Shown piece by piece: positions 60,371 to 64,000 of a stretch of DNA of 64,000 nucleotides (position 1 is its first letter; every line of letters starts with the position of its first letter). The DNA lies in the NCBI GenBank assembly GCA_963728205.1, contig CAVSIV010000006.1, forward strand, positions 830,831-894,830. The letters run 5' to 3'. The stretch is from an uncultured Chloroflexia bacterium (GTDB lineage Bacteria; Chloroflexota; Dehalococcoidia; UBA2979). The notes under the pieces were generated by a model, which was not told where the DNA came from, did no database searches, and saw only the letters and a program-made list of their open reading frames with translations. Both the position numbers and the translations under genes were made by a program.

Positions 60371-60577
60371 ATGCCGCTCATTGCACCCCTTCGCCCCGCC
60401 GCCCCTCCGGTGGCGCCCGCAGTTGCGACGCCCGCGCCGAGCGCCGTCGCGCCCGCCGCGCCGCGGTTGCGTCGCATGCTCGCGGTCGGCCCGCGTTGCC
60501 CGGACTGCGGCGGGCCGCTGGCGTACGGCGAAGGCTGCCGGCTCTGCCCGGTCTGCGGTCACTCCTCGTGCGCCTGA
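60371..60577 (+). CDS. small Pro/Ala-rich zinc-ribbon protein
   Basis: 68 aa with CPDCG ... CRLCPVCG. It lies downstream of the promoter and LexA-box candidates. Confidence 0.6.
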   Translation: MPLIAPLRPAAPPVAPAVATPAPSAVAPAAPRLRRMLAVGPRCPDCGGPLAYGEGCRLCPVCGHSSCA

Positions 60578-60581
60578 TCGG

Positions 60582-61217
60582 CTAGCGCACGCCGAGCAGC
60601 GCGGGCAGCTCCTCGAGCGACGCGATTCGTGCGTCGACCGCGTGGGGCAGACCGAAGAACCCATCGCCGCGGTCGAGCCAGACCGCCGCCATGCCCGCGC
60701 CGCGCGCGCCGACGACGTCGTGCTCGGGGTTGTCGCCGACGTAGAGCGCCGTCTCCGGGCGCCCACCGACGGCCTCGAGCGCGAGCGCGAAGATCGCCGG
60801 GTCGGGCTTGCGCAGGTCGACCTCCTCGGAGACAACGACCGCGTCGACCCGCGTCGCGATCCCGAGCGCGTCCAGCTTCCGGTGCTGGTCGCGGGCGAGG
60901 CCGTTGCTGATGACCGCGAGGCGCAGTCGGCCGGCCAGCCGCTCGAGCGCCGGCAGCGCGTCCGGGTAGAGCCGTGCGCGGTCGACCGAGATCGCGATGT
61001 AGCGATCGGCGATCGCCTCGGCGGCATGCGCATGCCCGGCGCTGCGATCCGCGACGAGGCGGCGGAAGCCTTCGCGGACGAAGTCGTCGCTCCACTCACC
61101 GCCGCCGGCGCGCACCTGCGCGTCGTGCATGTAGCGGCGCACGTAGTCGTCGTACACGAGCCGGCTGTTGCCGAGCCGCGCCAGCGCCGGCGCGATCTCG
61201 AGCAGCGACGGCCACAC
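60582..61217 (-). CDS. HAD-superfamily hydrolase; conserved motif I lies upstream of the first canonical start codon
   Basis: The ORF-track frame starts at GTG 61217, but the same frame continues upstream as FAYVETVCLDLDGTLVDTLSGWHAGFAA (DLDGT at 61260-61274). There is no ATG, GTG or TTG in any frame between that motif and the upstream gene stop at 61330. Motifs II-IV (VISNG, K, GDNPEHDV) are intact. Confidence 0.75.
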   Translation of the reverse strand: MWPSLLEIAPALARLGNSRLVYDDYVRRYMHDAQVRAGGGEWSDDFVREGFRRLVADRSAGHAHAAEAIADRYIAISVDRARLYPDALPALERLAGRLRLAVISNGLARDQHRKLDALGIATRVDAVVVSEEVDLRKPDPAIFALALEAVGGRPETALYVGDNPEHDVVGARGAGMAAVWLDRGDGFFGLPHAVDARIASLEELPALLGVR

Positions 61218-61329
61218 GGCGGCGAAGCCGGCGTGCCAGCCGCTCAGCGTGTCGACCAGGGTGCCGTCGAGGTCGAGACAGACCGTCTCGACGTACGCGA
61301 ACGGCGCGCCGGAGGCGCGCCCGCGGTCG

Positions 61330-61662
61330 CTAGTCCTCGTCGTCTTGGTCGTCCTCGTCTTCGCCGTCTTCGTCGTCCTCGAGGTCGTCCTCCGCGAAGA
61401 CGCCCACGCGCTCGCCGCGCCACACCGTCACCACGAAGTCCTCGCGGTACGGGTCCGCGGTCGTGACGATGCGGTCGTCGATCTCGGCGATCAGGTCCTC
61501 GACGCCCTCGTCGTCGACGCTCGCGTCGACCGCGAGCGTCGCGAACGCGACGGACGACGTGAAGTGCACGTCCACCCGGCCGATCGGCGCGCCGCCGTCC
61601 TCGATCACCCACTGCTCGGAATACGGCGTCCGCGCTTCGCGCTCGAACCGGTAGTCCGCCAT
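61330..61662 (-). CDS. small acidic hypothetical protein with a poly-D/E tail
   Basis: 110 aa from ATG 61660-61662. It ends FAEDDLEDDEDGEDEDDQDDED. Confidence 0.6.
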   Translation of the reverse strand: MADYRFEREARTPYSEQWVIEDGGAPIGRVDVHFTSSVAFATLAVDASVDDEGVEDLIAEIDDRIVTTADPYREDFVVTVWRGERVGVFAEDDLEDDEDGEDEDDQDDED

Positions 61663-61711
61663 CGCTGCCCCCTGCCGTCGATTGCGTTCGCTGCTTGCGG
61701 TCGATGCCGCG

Positions 61712-62980
61712 TCAGTCGCGGGTCTGGCCGTTGCCCAGCACCACCCACTTGTAGGACGTGAGCTCGCGCAGCCCCATCGGGCCGCGCGCGTGCATCTTCT
61801 GCGTCGAGATGCCGACCTCGACGCCGAGCCCGAACTGGCCCCCGTCATGGAAGTACGTCGAAGCGTTCACGAACACGCCCGCCGCGTCGACCTCGCGGAT
61901 AAACCGCTGCGACGCCGCGTAGGAGTCCGTCACGATCGCCTCGGAGTGGCCGCTGCCGTGCGCGTCGATGTGCGCGAGGGCATCGTCGAAGGAGTCGACG
62001 ACGCGGACGGAGCAGTCGAGCGAGAGCCACTCGCGGTCGTAGTCGTCGGGCTGCACCGGGGCGGTCGCCGCGCCGCCGGCCAGCGGCGCGGCGCGCTCGT
62101 CGACGTGGAGCGTCACACCGTGGTCGCCGAGCGCGCCCGCGAGCATCGGCACGAACGCGCTCGCGACGCCCGCGTGCACGAGGATCGTGTCGATGGCGTT
62201 GCACACCGACGGGCGCTTCGTCTTCGCGTTGACCGCGATGTCGCGCGCCATCGCGAGGTCCGCGCGGTCGTCGATGTAGAGGTGGCAGACGCCGATGCCG
62301 CCCGCGACCACCGGCATCGTCGCCTCGTCGCGCACGCGCCGGATCAGGCCGGCGCCGCCGCGCGGGATCATCAGGTCGATCGACTCCGCCGCGCGGAGCA
62401 TCGCGCCGACCTCGTCGCGGTCGGTGGAGTCGATGAACTGCACGATGCCGGCGGGCAACCCCGCCGCCGCCGCCGCGTCCACGACGATCTGCGCGAGCAC
62501 CGCCGAGCTGTCGTGCGCGTCGGTGCCGGAGCGCAGCACCACGCCGTTGCCGGACTTCAGGCAGATCGCCGCGATGTCGACGGTGACGTTCGGACGCGAC
62601 TCGTAGATGGCGCCGATCACGCCGAGCGGGACGCGCATGCGACCGATCTGCAGGCCATTCGGCCGCATCGCGAGCTCTTCGATCTGGCCGACCGGGTCCG
62701 GCAGCGCCGCCACCGCGCGCACGTCGCGCGCGATGCCGTGGATCCGCTCGGGCGTGAGGTCCATGCGGTCGAGGAACGAGCCGGCGACGCCGTTCGCGCG
62801 GGCGCGCTCGAGCTCGGGGCCGTTGACGTCGAGGATGCGCCGCTCGTCCGCCTCGATCGCGTCGGCGATCGCGAGCAGCGCGCGGTCCTTCTGGAGCGTG
62901 GACACCGCGCCCATCGCGCGGCTCGCCCTGCGGGCGAGCGCTGCCTTCGTGGCGGCTTCGGAGCGCGCGGTGATCGTCAT
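61712..62980 (-). CDS. proA: gamma-glutamyl phosphate reductase
   Basis: 422 aa from ATG 62978-62980. ESRPNVTVD, CNAIDTILVH (catalytic Cys) and GHSEAIVT ... FVNASTYFHDGGQFGLG are ProA blocks. Confidence 0.95.
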   Translation of the reverse strand: MTITARSEAATKAALARRASRAMGAVSTLQKDRALLAIADAIEADERRILDVNGPELERARANGVAGSFLDRMDLTPERIHGIARDVRAVAALPDPVGQIEELAMRPNGLQIGRMRVPLGVIGAIYESRPNVTVDIAAICLKSGNGVVLRSGTDAHDSSAVLAQIVVDAAAAAGLPAGIVQFIDSTDRDEVGAMLRAAESIDLMIPRGGAGLIRRVRDEATMPVVAGGIGVCHLYIDDRADLAMARDIAVNAKTKRPSVCNAIDTILVHAGVASAFVPMLAGALGDHGVTLHVDERAAPLAGGAATAPVQPDDYDREWLSLDCSVRVVDSFDDALAHIDAHGSGHSEAIVTDSYAASQRFIREVDAAGVFVNASTYFHDGGQFGLGVEVGISTQKMHARGPMGLRELTSYKWVVLGNGQTRD

Positions 62981-63131
62981 GCAGCGAGTGTACGGGGCGG
63001 GCGCCGGAGCGTCAGCGACGCGAACCCGGCACCGTCGTCGCAGGCGAGCCGGACGCCCGCGGATTGCCGGGAACGAAACGGGGGCCCCGCCCGGGGCCCC
63101 CGTCGTCCGCATCGCTCGGCCGCGCGCGCGA

Positions 63132-64000
63132 CTAGACCGTCGCCTCCTCCGCCACCTCGGCGTCCTCCGGCTCCGCGACGTGCGCGGCGCCCGCGTGCCG
63201 CGTGAACGTGAACTCGCCGTGCTCGTCGACGTCCACCGCGATCGAGTCGCCGGGCTCGAACTCGCCGAGCAGCACGCGCTTCGCCAGCGGGTTCTCGACC
63301 CGCCGCTCCACCGTGCGGCGCAGCGGCCGCGCCCCGAAGTTCGGGTCGAAGCCCTCCTTCACGAGCGCCGCCAGCGCGGCGTCGCTCACCGTGAACTCCA
63401 CGTGCCGCTCGCCCAGCCGCTCGCGGACCTCCGCGATCTCCAGCCGCGCGATCTGCGCGATCTCCGGCTCCGTCAGCGGCTCGAAGACGATGATGTCGTC
63501 GACGCGGTTGAGGAACTCCGGCCGGAACCCGCGCCGCAGCGCGTTCTCCACGGACTTCCGCAGCGAGTCGGCCTCCGCCTCGCTCTTCGCGCGCACGAAG
63601 CCGATCGGCTGCGTCTTCTCCCCGGTGCCGAGGTTCGACGTCATGATGATCACGGTGTTGCGGAAGTCCACCGTGCGGCCGTGCGTGTCGGTCAGCCGGC
63701 CGTCGTCCATCACCTGCAGCAGCGTGTTGAAGACGTCCGGGTGCGCCTTCTCGATCTCGTCGAACAGGATCACCCGGTACGGCCGGCGGCGGACCTGCTC
63801 GGTGAGCTCGCCCGCCTGGTCGTAGCCGATGTAGCCCGGCGGCGCGCCGACCAGCCGCGACACCGTGTGCCGCTCCTGGTACTCCGACATGTCGAGCCGG
63901 ATCAGCGCGTCCGCGTCGTCGAACAGGTACTCCGCGAGCGCCTTCGCCAGGTACGTCTTCCCGACGCCGGTGGGCCCGACGAAGATGAACGACCCGATCG
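63132..64000 (-). CDS. clpC: Clp/Hsp100 AAA+ ATPase, C-terminal part (ClpC-like); gene continues beyond the right edge
   Basis: [12 protein letters not shown] (Walker A of D2), [36 protein letters not shown], the sensor region GARPLRR, and the PIGF stretch typical of ClpC. Confidence 0.9.
   Translation of the reverse strand, partial: IGSFIFVGPTGVGKTYLAKALAEYLFDDADALIRLDMSEYQERHTVSRLVGAPPGYIGYDQAGELTEQVRRRPYRVILFDEIEKAHPDVFNTLLQVMDDGRLTDTHGRTVDFRNTVIIMTSNLGTGEKTQPIGFVRAKSEAEADSLRKSVENALRRGFRPEFLNRVDDIIVFEPLTEPEIAQIARLEIAEVRERLGERHVEFTVSDAALAALVKEGFDPNFGARPLRRTVERRVENPLAKRVLLGEFEPGDSIAVDVDEHGEFTFTRHAGAAHVAEPEDAEVAEEATV

Overview
Very GC-rich bacterial chromosomal segment that looks actinobacterium-like: strong GGAGG-type RBSs, Cheo-type LexA boxes, and sigma factors fused to anti-sigma domains. 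I support about 60 protein-coding genes and found no rRNA, tRNA or CRISPR array. From left to right: (1) 0-15 kb is an accessory island. It holds four different type II toxin-antitoxin pairs, an NYN-domain gene, an ECF sigma/anti-sigma pair, and a paralogous family of secreted Thr/Pro-rich surface proteins that share a C-terminal module. (2) 15-32 kb is metabolic: two tandem-fused family III CoA-transferases, an acyl-CoA dehydrogenase, a peptide/opine-type ABC importer with no ATPase gene, and lysA. (3) 32-41 kb carries cell-wall and secreted proteins and one of the two sigma/anti-sigma fusion proteins (the other lies at 19.1-21.8 kb, inside the metabolic block). (4) 41.5-52.5 kb is an envelope glycosylation cluster: GT2, two GT-C-like proteins, UDP-glucose dehydrogenase, a GT4-flippase-like fusion, a beta-propeller and a methyltransferase. 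(5) 52.5-64 kb is housekeeping: aldolase, two SDRs, Crp, MFS, glycerate kinase, HAD, proA and clpC. The strongest signal beyond the genes is a dispersed family of about 97-bp double-hairpin palindromic elements (REPIN-like, at least 9 loci). Two copies bracket a Y1/HUH transposase-like gene (RAYT-like) at 14.1-15.1 kb. The family shows compensatory stem changes, adjacent short tandem arrays, and a 157-bp triplication that copied a gene 3' end together with half an element. Other notable signals are a GGAAC-N17-CGTT motif shared by the ECF sigma gene and two surface-protein genes, a seven-hairpin tandem array between the sigma and anti-sigma genes, and tandem LexA boxes over a promoter for a tiny zinc-ribbon gene. 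Five genes have conserved motifs that are out of frame or lack a start codon, which could be real decay or indel errors in the sequence. Start codons were chosen from the ORF track plus RBS and signal-peptide logic. All homology calls come from motif recognition by eye, not from database searches.
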